NCBI RefSeq assembly: GCF_018977255.1
Contig: NW_024704742.1
Span: 64,420,001 to 64,484,000, forward strand
Direction of reading: 5' to 3'
Source of the DNA: Callorhinchus milii
Lineage: Eukaryota
Length of the DNA: 64,000 bases
In this document: positions 13,001 to 25,400 of the stretch, piece after piece
How positions within the stretch are numbered: position 1 is the stretch's first letter
Layout of the letters: each line of letters starts with the position of its first letter
Program-made: the position numbers and the translations under genes
Notes under the pieces: generated by a model
What the model saw: the letters and a program-made list of their open reading frames with translations, nothing else
Told to the model about the DNA's origin: nothing
Database searches by the model: none

Positions 13001-16000
13001 GGATTATTCTCCTTGGAGCAGAGAAGGTTAAGAGGAGACTTAATAGAATTTTTCAAAATTATGATGGAGATTCTATAGGGTGAACAAGAAGAAACTATTT
13101 CCACTGGCGGGTGGGTCGGTAACCCGGGGACACCGATTTAAAATAGTTGTGAAAGAAACAGAGGGGAGATGAGGAGAAATTTTTTTTACACAGCAAGTTG
13201 TTCAGATCAGGAATTCATTGTCTGAAATGGTGGTGGAAGCCGATTTGATAACAGTTTTTAAGAGAGAAGTAGATAATTATTTGGGGAGGACAAGTTTACA
13301 GGGTTATGGGGAGAGAGCGGGGGAGTTTGATTGAATTGGATAGCTCTTTTCAAAGAGCCGGCACAGACATGATGGGCCGAATGGCCTCCTTCTGTGCTGT
13401 ATAATTCTATGATTCTATGATCCTGGCAAGCACTCTCATGGTTAGGACATGTCGCGATTAGTAAATTCCGGCAGCAGAGTTACTATGTTAACTTTTCTAT
13501 ATTGTAACATGTACTAATACTAAAGCGTATCCTTGGGAAATCAACTGGTGACTATCCTCGGGGGAGTTTTTGGGATCTTCTTGGTGCTTAGCTGGCTCCA
13601 AAGTGACATGCTTAACAACAGAATGTGGGAATCAAGTGAATCCACTATAGCAGTGTCAAAAGTCCAATGGTCCAGTTCCTGAGCCAGGCGGGCCTCGGTA
13701 CTCCAGCTCACTGTGATGACAGACCAGCCAGCCTGACTCACTGTCAGGATTGGAGGGGCAGACCAGTCACTAAGAACAGGGATTACCACTCAGCTCCTAT
13801 TAATCCCGCAAGCGAGAACTCTAACAGGTCGGCTAGTCCTAACTTGACAAACAGCGGGAAGCTTGCCAGATAGTGCTCTCAATGGCACGGTATGGGTTTT
13901 AGCTGGTAAAATTCCACGTAAAACCCATAGTTTGCATGAGAGAGAAGTGGGTGTCCTAGGACAATTAGTACTCTGATCCATATATCCGTAATCTATGTTT
14001 ATGTAGATTGATGGCTGTTTTGTTAACTTTATTACATAAAACAATACTTAAATAAAGAACTTGCACTTCACAGCAATGACTTTTCCAAGTCAAACACAAC
14101 AGCTGTTTGTTGCATGTTGCAGCAACATCCTACAAACACACATGACGTGAATGATTAATTTAACTGTTGGATTTTTGGCCACAATGCCAGGACAAACTCC
14201 CTGTAAATCAAGAACAAAGGATTTTTAACATCTACCTAAGGAATAGGGAGATCTTATCTGCTGGTCAGCCCTTCTAACTATGCATTCTCCAGAGTGTCAG
14301 TCGTCTATGAATTCAAATAATAATAATCGTTGCATTTGATATAGCGCCTTATCACGTTGTTGAGATGTCTCAAAATTCTTCACAGAATATACTGTAAAGT
14401 GGCAGCCAATTGCGCACAACACTGTCCCATAAACCGCTGTGGATTGAGCCCAATTTTTTTTTCAGTGATTATTACCCCCGAAAAGCGATCCTCTAATCGA
14501 CTAACAACCGGTTTCCTACTTACTGCTAGGTAAGCAGAGACGTGTGGAGTAAGGAAACTTGCCTAATGTTTCGCCCTGACCGGGAATTGAGCCCGGTCCT
14601 CTCGCTTGCGAGGTGAGCGCACTAACCAATACGCTACCGGACTCCACAGCCGGGACTGTGTCAAACTGAATACATCATAAGGTGTACAGGAGAGGAAAGA
14701 GACTGATCCTTAGAGTTGGAGGGATGAGCTCTCAGGAACTCACTCGCTGGGTGAGGAATCACATGCTCTAACCTACAATCTGCCAGCTCATATGAACCTC
14801 CATATCTATACAGGAACCCACTTCACACATTACCAGCTGTGACTCTTCACGATCCACAATGGCACTACTGTATTTTGTGCACACTAAACACTGGTATCTG
14901 TGTGAGGGAGGGACTGAAAATCTGTGCAAAGGCATCTGACAATGAACCTCTGTGCCATATAAATCCACGTTATCAGCTGCGGCGGCCCTAAAGAAAAGGT
15001 TTCTGTTCTGCACGTGGCTTCTCTGCATCACAAGACACTTAGTGAATGCTGTGGAGTTCAAAGAAGTACCCACGTCACTGTGATTATCAGAAAAATGCTC
15101 GTGGATGTTTTGCTTTGAGCAGCAACAGCAGCATCCCAGTAGCGATCTCAGTTAAGACAGCACATCTCGGAAGATTTCACTCAATGTCTCAGAAGATTAA
15201 AGGTAGTTACATTTATTCTTAACAATGTGTTCAAGTCACTGTATCTGTTACTGCACATGGCACCACTCAACCACTCAATAATAATTATTTGGTCATTCAA
15301 TCCACGACTGTTTGTGGGACACCGCTGAGCGCAATTGGCTGCCGCGTTTCGCCCATAGAAATATACGGTGAATTCACTTCACAAAATATTCTTTGAAGGG
15401 CTTTGAGACGTCTCAATGCTGTGAGATAAGGCGATATTCAAATGCAAGAATTATTATTATAACTTATTAAAGCCTCCTCCACATCATTTTAGTTTATGGA
15501 CTTTTTATAAATTTATAAATTTTCTCCATGCATACAATGCCCCTACTTTCACAAGTTATGTATCTATCCATAGATCTATAATAATAATTCTTGCATTTGA
15601 TTTAGCACCTTTCACATTCGGAGGACGTCTCAAATCGCTTCACAGGATGTACTGCAAAATGTAATGTGGTGTATTTTGTAGGTGAACCCAGCAGCCAACT
15701 TGAGCACAGCAATGTTCCAGAAACAGCCAGGAAGTGAATGTCCAATGCTACAATCATAATAATAATCCTTGCACTTGATATAACACTTTATCACATCATT
15801 GAGATGTCTCAAGGCGCTTCACAGAATATACTGTGAAGTGAATTTACTGTGTATTTTGTGGGCAAAACAACACACATCAGTTATCTGGCGCACAGTCAGT
15901 TCATTCACAGTTAGAGTGTCATGGGATCTTTAACATCCACCTAAACAGAGAGGCAGGACCTTGTTTTAATATCTCATCTGAAGGACAGCACCTCAATAAT

Positions 16001-16389
16001 GCAGGACACTTCAAGTACTTTAATGCAGTGTCAGTGTGAATTCAAAATCCCGATGTGGGGCTTGAACCCACAAACTCTGACTCAGAAGCAAGAGTGCTAC
16101 CAACTGAGCCAAGCTGACACCTGACACGAGATGTAGATTCATATGAATACCATGGTACTATTTGAAAAGAGAAAGGAGATTCCTTTCTCCTAAACCCCTA
16201 AATAGAATTGATCATTCACTTCATAAATAAATTGGTCATTTTCAATCTACGACTGTTTGTGGGACATTGCTGTGCGCAATTGGCTGCCGCGTTCGCCCAC
16301 AAATATACAGCCAATTCACTTTACAGTGTGTTCTGTGAAGCGCTTTGGGACGTCCTCCCGACGTGAAAAGCGCTATATCAAATGCAAGG

Positions 16390-16421
<32 letters not shown>

Positions 16422-19400
16422 TGTCTGTGCTTGGGACATTGCTCTGTGCAATTGGGCTGCCACAAGCACCTACAAATACAGTCACTACACTTCCCAGTAA
16501 ATCCTGTAAAGTGCTTTATAATGCAAGCACCATCCATCCATCCACATTTTATCTTATTTCTCTTATTTTATAAATATCCTCTACTTATATATCTTATCTT
16601 TGAATCCATCTGTCTAAAGATCTTTAATCACATATATCAACCAACCAATCTAAACCTAGTCATTGTTGATCTATCTCTAACCTATCTATCCATTTATAGT
16701 GTATCTATCTCTGGTCTAGCAATCTATCTCTAGTCCAGCTATACTTAGGTTTCTCAGTTATTTGTTTAACTTTGAAGCCAGAAACCAGATTAGTTTATTC
16801 AGATTACATTTTATTTATTTATGAATGTAACCATTATTCTTTTATGTCTTTTAGTTTGTTTGTGGAGTCATTCCATGTGGCTTAAAGTATCAGCATAGAC
16901 TCAATGGACAAAAGACCTGTTTCAGTGCAGTATTATTGGATGATTCTATGATTTCTTTAAGAGACAAATAAGTTTGATTAATACTTTAAAACTGGATTAA
17001 AAAAACTGTTACAGACAATTTAATTCTGTTTTCTTCACTGACTGTAATGCATCTGTTAATATGTGGTTAGGGTGGTATTTGCTATTACAATTATACATTG
17101 GAAGATTCACTATGCCTATACCTCTTCTATATTTAGTGATCCGGAGAAATGTTTCACTCATATCAAAGGTGATTGGTGTGAGCTGAACGTGTAACAAAAC
17201 AGAGAACAGACATTACAATATCACAAGAGTGATTCAGATGAAGAAGGCCCTTTAGCCCATTCTTCCAAAATACCTACACACCCTTCCCATCACAGATCCG
17301 ATTTTTTTTTAAAAAAAAACATAAGTTTAGGTTGATCTGTGACAGAATCCTGGCAATCAGTTCCAGTTGTTTTTCACCCTGGGTAAAAAAAAAATCCTGG
17401 TCTCATCCTGAAATTGCTCTTTGTAACTCTGAACCTATGTCCTCTTTTGCTACTGTCTTGGAGCATCCTAAAGTGTTGATCTGGGTTTACTTTTTTAATC
17501 CCATTCAAAATGTTACTCACCTCTATAAGGTCCTTTCTGTAACTCTTGTATGTTGCGTTGACCAGAACTGTACGCAGTAGTCTAGCCGTGGCATAACTAC
17601 AGCACTAAATAGCTTGAGCTTGACGTTGGGAAATCTAGATTTCCCAATTGATCTCATCCTTCCAGAATGTTTCCAGATGTCCTGAAATTGTCATTTGCAG
17701 CCCTAAACCTATGTCCTCTTATTCTGCTGTCTTAGTTCACCTAACATAATTGGATTTGGTTTACTTTCTCAATTCCATTTGACTCAGAAGGTCTGTTCTA
17801 ATACGTCTCCTTTGTATCCTGAGAGTTGGAGCTTGTCTAATTGTTGCTCATAGCTCATTCCTCTAATACTAAGGATCATCCTCATTGTTCTCCACTGCAC
17901 TGTCTCTAGGACATCCTGTTTGCTCTGCTTATTGCTGCCTCACACTGTTTTGAGCAAATGGTGAGTGACAGGTCACCTTAAACCCCAAGATCTCTTTCAA
18001 ATTCCCCCTTCAGTAATTCTATCCCTTCCAATGAAATACATGTGTTTCCTATTTGTACTTCCTATGTGCAGTGCCTTACACATATCTGTATTGAACTTCA
18101 TTTGCCAGTCATCAGCAAACTCGAAAATGATTAAAAGATACACATCTCAGCATTTCACACTTTTGGAAACGAAAATGCAACAACATATAGCTCCTTTCAC
18201 AGAAGAGAATGTCTTGAAGAACTTTATATGGACAGTAACAACAACAAGATTACATTTGTATAGCGCCTTTCATGTCAGGAGGATGTCCCAAGGGGTTGGA
18301 CAGTGTACAGCATTTCAGACCCGAGCTGGGATTCGGGGAGTAAGGGAGGGAGGGGAAGGGGGGTGACTGATGGCATGGTCGAAGAGGAGGGTCTTGAGGC
18401 GGGACTTGAAGGAGGCTAAGGAGGGGGTGAGGCAGAGTGACTGGGGATGGAGTTCCAGAGGTTGGAGGCAGAGTAGCTGAAGGCTCTCCTGCCAATGGTG
18501 GGGCGGGTGGGTCGGGGGACATGGAGCAGGCCAGAGCCGGCTGAGCGGAGGGAACAGGTGTGTTGGTAGGGGGTTAGGAGGTCGCAGAGGTAGGGTGGGA
18601 TGAGGTCATGGAGGGTTTTGTATGTGAGGACCAGGATCTTGAACTGGATCCTCTGAAGGATAGGGACCCAGTGGAGTCGGGCGAGAGTGGGGGAGATGGG
18701 GTCACAGAGTTTGGTGCGGGAGAGGACACATACATACATTCAATGTATCAAACATAGAACAAAGTGGGAAGGAGGGAGGTGTAGGAAGTAGGTAGAACCA
18801 AGAAGCATAAAGATTTACAGAACAGAAGAAGGTAATTTGGCCCATCGTGTCTGTGCAGGCTCCCTCATGAACAATCCTTTCAGCCCCATCAACTGCCCTA
18901 TCCCCATAGCTCTGTAGCTAAATCTTTTTAAGGCATTTGTTTGGTTCCCTCTTAAAGACCAATGTGGATTCTGGTTTAACTTCAGGTGACTAAAAGCAGA
19001 CATAACAAGGTAGGTTTCGAAACAGATATTTTTGGAAGCCAATGAGAGGAGGGATTTGGGAGGGATTTCCAGAGAATGGGGGTCTAGTTTATGAAAGCTT
19101 TGCACCACTCCGCTATGATCAAAGAATTCTACTGAATTTCTTAACGTGAGATTTATTCCTTCAGTGAGAAAGTCATTACTGAAAATGAAATGTTCAATTC
19201 ACTCACCATACATTGGGCAAGGCGAAAGTTTACAGTAATCCCAAGAGGTACGATTATTCTGCCGAATATAACACCAGGGCTTTATATCATTGTCTGGGTT
19301 TCTGCAAGAATGAAAAGACAATTGCTTATTAGGGAATTCCCTCAAACGTAGTCCCCTATCCCACAGAACTTTACAGTTACCCATGTCAGCCAGCGTTCAG

Positions 19401-22400
19401 AGGTGCCATTACCAGTGGAGTCCTATAGCTCAGTGGTTAGAGCATTTGCTTTGCAAGCGAGAGACCTGAGTTCAATTCCAGGCAGAGGGCGAAACCTTGG
19501 GCAAGTTTCCTTACTCCACACACCTAATAATAATCCCTCCAAAACCCAAAACAATAATAAATCGGTCATTTTCAATCTACTGTTTGTGGGACATTGCTGT
19601 GCGTAATTGGCTGCCGCGTTCGCCCACAAATATACAGTCAATTCACTTTACAGTGTGTTCTGTAAAGCGCTTTGGGACGTCCTCCCAACGTGAAAAGCGC
19701 TATATCAAATGCAAGGATTATTATTAATTATTATTATTATCACCACCATCACCACAACAACAAAATGACATTTGTATAGCGCCTTTCATGTCAGGAGGAT
19801 GTCCCAAGACACTGGACAGTCAGTGTTTCGGACCTGAGCTGGGGGTCAGGATTGTGGAGGGTAGTGGGAGAAGCAGGGTGATCGAAAGCACGGTCCAAGA
19901 GGAGCGTCTTGAAATGGGTCTTGAAGGAGGCAAGGGACGGGGTGAGGCGGAGGGACTGCAAGATGGTGGGTGCAGAGTGGCTGAAGGCCCACCCGCCAAT
20001 ATTGGGGCAGGCGAGGCGGGGGACGTGAAGCAGGCCATAGCCCAGGATAGTAGGAACTTAGGAGGTCGCAGAGGTAGGGAGGAGCAAGACCACGGAGGGT
20101 TTTGAAAGTGAGGACTAGGATCTTGAACTATATCCTCTGTGTGATGGGAAGCCAGTGGAGTCAGGCGAGGATGGGGGTGATAGGGTCACGGTGCCTGGTG
20201 CGGGAGAGAACACAGACTGCAGAGTTCTGGACGATCTGCAGCCTATGGAGGGAGGAGTTGGGGAGGCCGACAAGCAGGGAGTTTGCATAGTTAAACCTGG
20301 ATGTTATGAATGCATGTATGAGGGTTCTGGCAGCTTGCGGTGTGAGACAGTGGCGGAGCTGGGCAATGTTGCGGAGGTGCGGGAAGGCGGAGCGGGTCAT
20401 GGCGCATATGTGGTGTAGAAAGGATAATTAAGGGTCAAACAAGATGCCAAGGTTTCGGACTGGCTTAGTGAGGTGGAATGTGCAACCATGGATGGTGACG
20501 CTGTCAGCGCCTGAGGTGTGGAGGCGCTGACGGGAGCCAATCAGGAGAGCCTCAATCGTGTTGATGTTCATCTGAAGAAAGTTAAGAATATTTGGTGATA
20601 ACATATCTGGCTATATAGCAATCCTTGAATTTTGATATAGCCTTTCATCAAGATCTCGAAGTGCTCTCCGCAATAAAATGAAAAGTGGTGAGACTATATA
20701 CATTTTGTGGTGAACCAGCAGCCAAATTGCACACAACAATGAACCTCAAACAACCATGAAATGAGTGACCAATTTTATTTGGGGTATTGTTGGCCAGGAC
20801 ACCCAGAGAAATTCCCTATAAATATTTCAGGTCTGTAGACCTGAAACGTTAACTCATTTTCCACTCTCCATAGATGCTGCCTGACCTGCTGCATGTTCCC
20901 AGCAACTTCTGTTTTCATTTCAGATTTCCAGCAGCTATAGTATTTTGCTTTTTGTAGATAGCTATTTGTTAGGTCGGGGTATTAATGGATACAGGGCAAG
21001 GGTGGGTAACTGGACTTGAGGTACAGATCAGCTATGATCTTCTAAAATGGTGGAACAGGCTCAAGGGGCTGAATCGCCTGCTCCTGTTTCTATGTTTCTA
21101 TGTCTCAAAGACATGATAAGGAGCTATATCAAATGCAAGGATTATTGTGTTTCGAAGCATGAGGGCAGAAAACTATTTTGAAAAACATTGAATTACTCTG
21201 AATGCCACTTAATAAACTCACAGATGACCACTATGTATATTTATATTTGCTTCCCACCTGCAGAAAGAATGACCCCCAAGCCCGAGTTTCTCCGCTTCCT
21301 CCACGTCGGTGATATTGTGCATGTGGCTCAAAAATTCAAATGTTAAAGACAGGCAGTCATGGCCTAATTCTGTTTTTGATAGAATCCCTCTGTATAATGT
21401 ACCTTGCTTTTCATAACACTGATCAATTACATCTGCAAAATAAATAGTAAATATTGGGTACCAGAACACTAAGCACACTAAGATGTGCTTACAACATAGC
21501 AGATTTGTGTCTACGGGGCCAGGCATTGTTGGAGGCAGAGCTTTGAGGTAAATCATTAGCAGTGGACATACAGTGTGCAACGTGCAGACCAGACCAATCC
21601 TTACTTATTGATAGGTCAGAGTATGAACTGTATACACACACCAATCCATTAACATCCCCAACTCAACCCACCCACGACCCACATCCCAACCAGCCCACCC
21701 ACTGCACACTCCCATTCACCTCACCTGCCAAGCACTAATGACACACTCCACACACACACGTGCACCTTTTAAATCACCCCACCACACACGCTCGCACCCC
21801 CTAACTCACACAACCCACAGGTGCACATATCCCCAACCTTCCCCATCAGCGTGCCCCAAAATACGAGCAAAGCATCTTGCTTGAATGTAAAGGTGCATTG
21901 TTTGTTGTAGCCATACCTAATTCACAATATTTTCCAATAAAACCTTTCTGGCAATCACACGCAAAGTACTTTCTCATGAGTACCGAGTGGCACTTTCCTC
22001 GATGAAAACACATTTTTGGGTTGCAAGCTGGAAGAGACACATACAATGGAAATACACAATTAATGAACAATAATATGAGGCTTACTTCTAGCCAGTATTG
22101 ACATTTACTGCAATTTTAAACCTGATCAATTTTATGAATTTTAAATATTTAATGCCATTAAATATCACTAATAATATCATACTTTTATTTGAGATAACAC
22201 AGATTTACATATATTGTACAATACAGAAACAGGCCGTTTGGCCCAATCAATCCACATTGGTGTTTATACTCCACATATGTCTCCATCCATTCTCCTCCCA
22301 TACCCTTCTTTTCCCTTCTCCCTTATTTTATTTTGTTCCGTCGGGTGTCTAACACGTGCGGAATACCCATGACTATCCTTTAGGTGTATATATATCTTCC

Positions 22401-25400
22401 TCTTACATAACAACAATAATAAAATTACATTTGTAAAGCACCTTTCACGTTGGGAGGACGTCCCAAGGTGCTGAACAGTCAGGGATCAAGATCCGAGTGT
22501 GGGGGCAGGGTTGGGATGAGGGAGGGCAGTGGGGGTAGGAGGGTGACTGAAGGCACAGTCAAAAAGGAGGGTCGTAAGTTGTGCCTTGAAGGAGGCAAGG
22601 GAGGGAACAAGGGATTGTAGGGTGGCGCTGCAAAGAGTGGGGACAGAGAGACTGAAAAGCCCGGCCGCTGATGGTAGGGTGGGTCAGGTGGGAGACATGG
22701 AGCAGGCCGGAGCTTGCTGAGCGTAGGGAGTGGACAGGTTGATAGTGGGTCAGCAGGTCAGAGATGTAGGAGGGGTCAAGGCCGTGGAGGGTCTTGAAAG
22801 TGAGGACGAGGATTTTTAATTCTGTCCTCTGAGGGATGGGGAGCCAGTGGAGCCGGGCGAGGGTGGGGGTGATGGGGTCATGGAGGCTGGTGCAGGAGAG
22901 GACACGAGCTGCAGAGTCCTGGATAATCTGCAGCTTGTGAAGGGAGAGTTGGGGAGGCCGACAAGGAGGGCATTTCCGTAGTCGAGCCTTGAGATAACAA
23001 ATGAATGAGGGTTTCAGCAGCCTGAGGGGTCAAACCTTGGCTCTTGCCAACCTGCGCCTAATACTTTCTGGAATTAGGTAAACAGGATGTGTTCCTCCAG
23101 GGAGAGAGTGCGCATTTCATTCCAACAATCTATCTCTGGGATTTCCAAGTGTTTGTGGGATGCAGGGAAACTCAGCTTGGTTAATTTATTTTCATGACAC
23201 TGCGGTGAAGTAAGGACTGACACAAATGTTTAATATCGTTTAGAAACTAAGCATTGGTGTAATTTGTTAGGTTATATTTAGTGAGTTGGAGATTGATTGT
23301 TGGTGTATACTGATGGGATGGAGTTAATTATACTGAGACATCGCAGTTATACCAGTCAGCAAATAATATGTCCTGTATAAGTGGACATATTATCAGATAG
23401 TGTCTGATCCCATTTCATGGCTAATAATCATAGGGACCTTCATTTACTTCATTAGCGCCATCCTCTGCTTTCTTATTTACTTGTTTATTGACAAGAAAAG
23501 ATGTGTTGGAGAGGCAGAAGTCAAAGTGACAGAACTTGAACTTCAGAATGCCCTAACCGGAGAAGGAAGAAATTGGAATTTGGAGTCACGAACCATATTC
23601 GAGCTTCTAAAGAAAGAAGATCAAGACGACGATTTAAACAACACTAAATGTACAATAACACCTTGATATCTTTGGGTGATATCAAACTGGAAACCGTACA
23701 ACAATAATTGGATACCTTTTGAGGACCATATTTGGATTCAAATGGGACATTAAATTGGACATTGCTCATGTGTCAGACACCCGCCTAACCAAAAAAAATC
23801 AATATTATAAAGGTAATATTTCTACAGGCAGCAGATTACCAGGGGGCTAAGTGTGCACAGCACTGTAATATTTGTAGAGTTACCTTCAGATATTAAGGTT
23901 TGATAAACAATCCCGGTATTAGTGCAGATGCTTCTTTGAGCCTTGCCATTATAAATCCGTGTCCACGTTTCTCCTATCCGGTAGTGTTTCAGGTGCTTTA
24001 GTTCAAAACACTTTTCTAAGAAGAAAAAGCAATTATTGAATAAATTGAAGCACAAAACGTGATGCAATGGTAATATGATCATAACATTTCTCATTTAATT
24101 TCTGAAGATTTCATTTTATCAAAGAATATGGCCTACTCCTGCTCCTAATTCTTCTTCTTATATCAATGGCTGTTTGTAGGAGACTGCTGTATACAAATTG
24201 GCTGCTATGTTTGCCTACAAATACCTTGGAACTGAAGTAAAGTCCTGCGAAGTACTGTGTGATGCCTCGACAGGATGATAAGGTACTATGCCAAAATGCA
24301 AGAAGTATCAATATTAAACAACAGCACAGAAAACTATGTTACAAACTGTATCCGCACAGGTAACAATGCTGTTTTAAATATTACACTGGAAATTAATTTG
24401 ATTCAGTTGATCGATATTTGATTTGATGATTCATCGATATTTGAATAATAATAATCCTACAATTCTTGCCTTTGATGTAGCGCCTCATCACATCAAATAA
24501 TCTCAAAGTGTTTCACAGGAATTACTATAAATTGTAGTGATTGCATGACTCCATGTTGTTTTCTTGTACAGCTGAGATTCGGAGACACTGCATCGATGTA
24601 GATTGTTCACCCAATAGGGGTGAATGCTGCGCACAGATTACAGCATAAGGGGTTAAATAAATAAAACTCGTGCATGTTGAGTCCTGTAACTCAGTGGTTA
24701 GAGCAAGCAAGTGCATCTGAGTTTGATTCCCAGCAGGGCGAAACGTTGGGCAAGTTTCCTTATTCCACAAGCCTCTGTTTATCTATCAGTAAGTAGGAAC
24801 CCAGTCGTTAGTCAATTGGCGGATCGCTTTTCTGGGTATAATAATCCCTTTGAAAAAATGTGATCACTCAACCCATGACTGTTTGTGGGACACTACTGTG
24901 TACAATTGGCTGCCGCATTTCACCCACAAAATATACAATCAATTCACTTTACAGTATATTCTGTGAAGCGCTTTGAGACATCTCAATGATGTGATAAGGC
25001 GCTATACCAAATGCAAGGATTATTATTATTTACAGGTGAATGCAGCAACCGATTTTTACACAGCAATGTCCAACAAGGTCCTACCAATTTCATACAGCAA
25101 TACAACACTCCTGACAATATAGAACCCACTCCCCCACCCCCACCAGTACTCTGGTGGAGTGCTGGGGGAGTTTCCGCAACATCGGAGGTGCTGTCCTTCA
25201 GATGAGATGTTAAACCAAAGTCTCGTCTGTCTGTTCAAGTGAACGTTAAAGATCCCAAGGCACTATTCAAAAAGAGAAGAGAGTTTCTCTCAGTGTCCAG
25301 GCCCAATATCATCCAAATAAAATTGATTACTCACTCACTCCACTCCGTGGAGTCCTGTAGCTCAGTGGTTAGAGCACTCACTTTGCAAGTGAGAGACCTG

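Noticed and set aside
11369..19206. A protease domain after kringle 1 (which would make two complete tandem genes)
   Set aside because: No AHC, DIAL or GDSGG-type exon found by eye; the interval is mostly CR1, L2 and SINE. A highly decayed remnant cannot be excluded.
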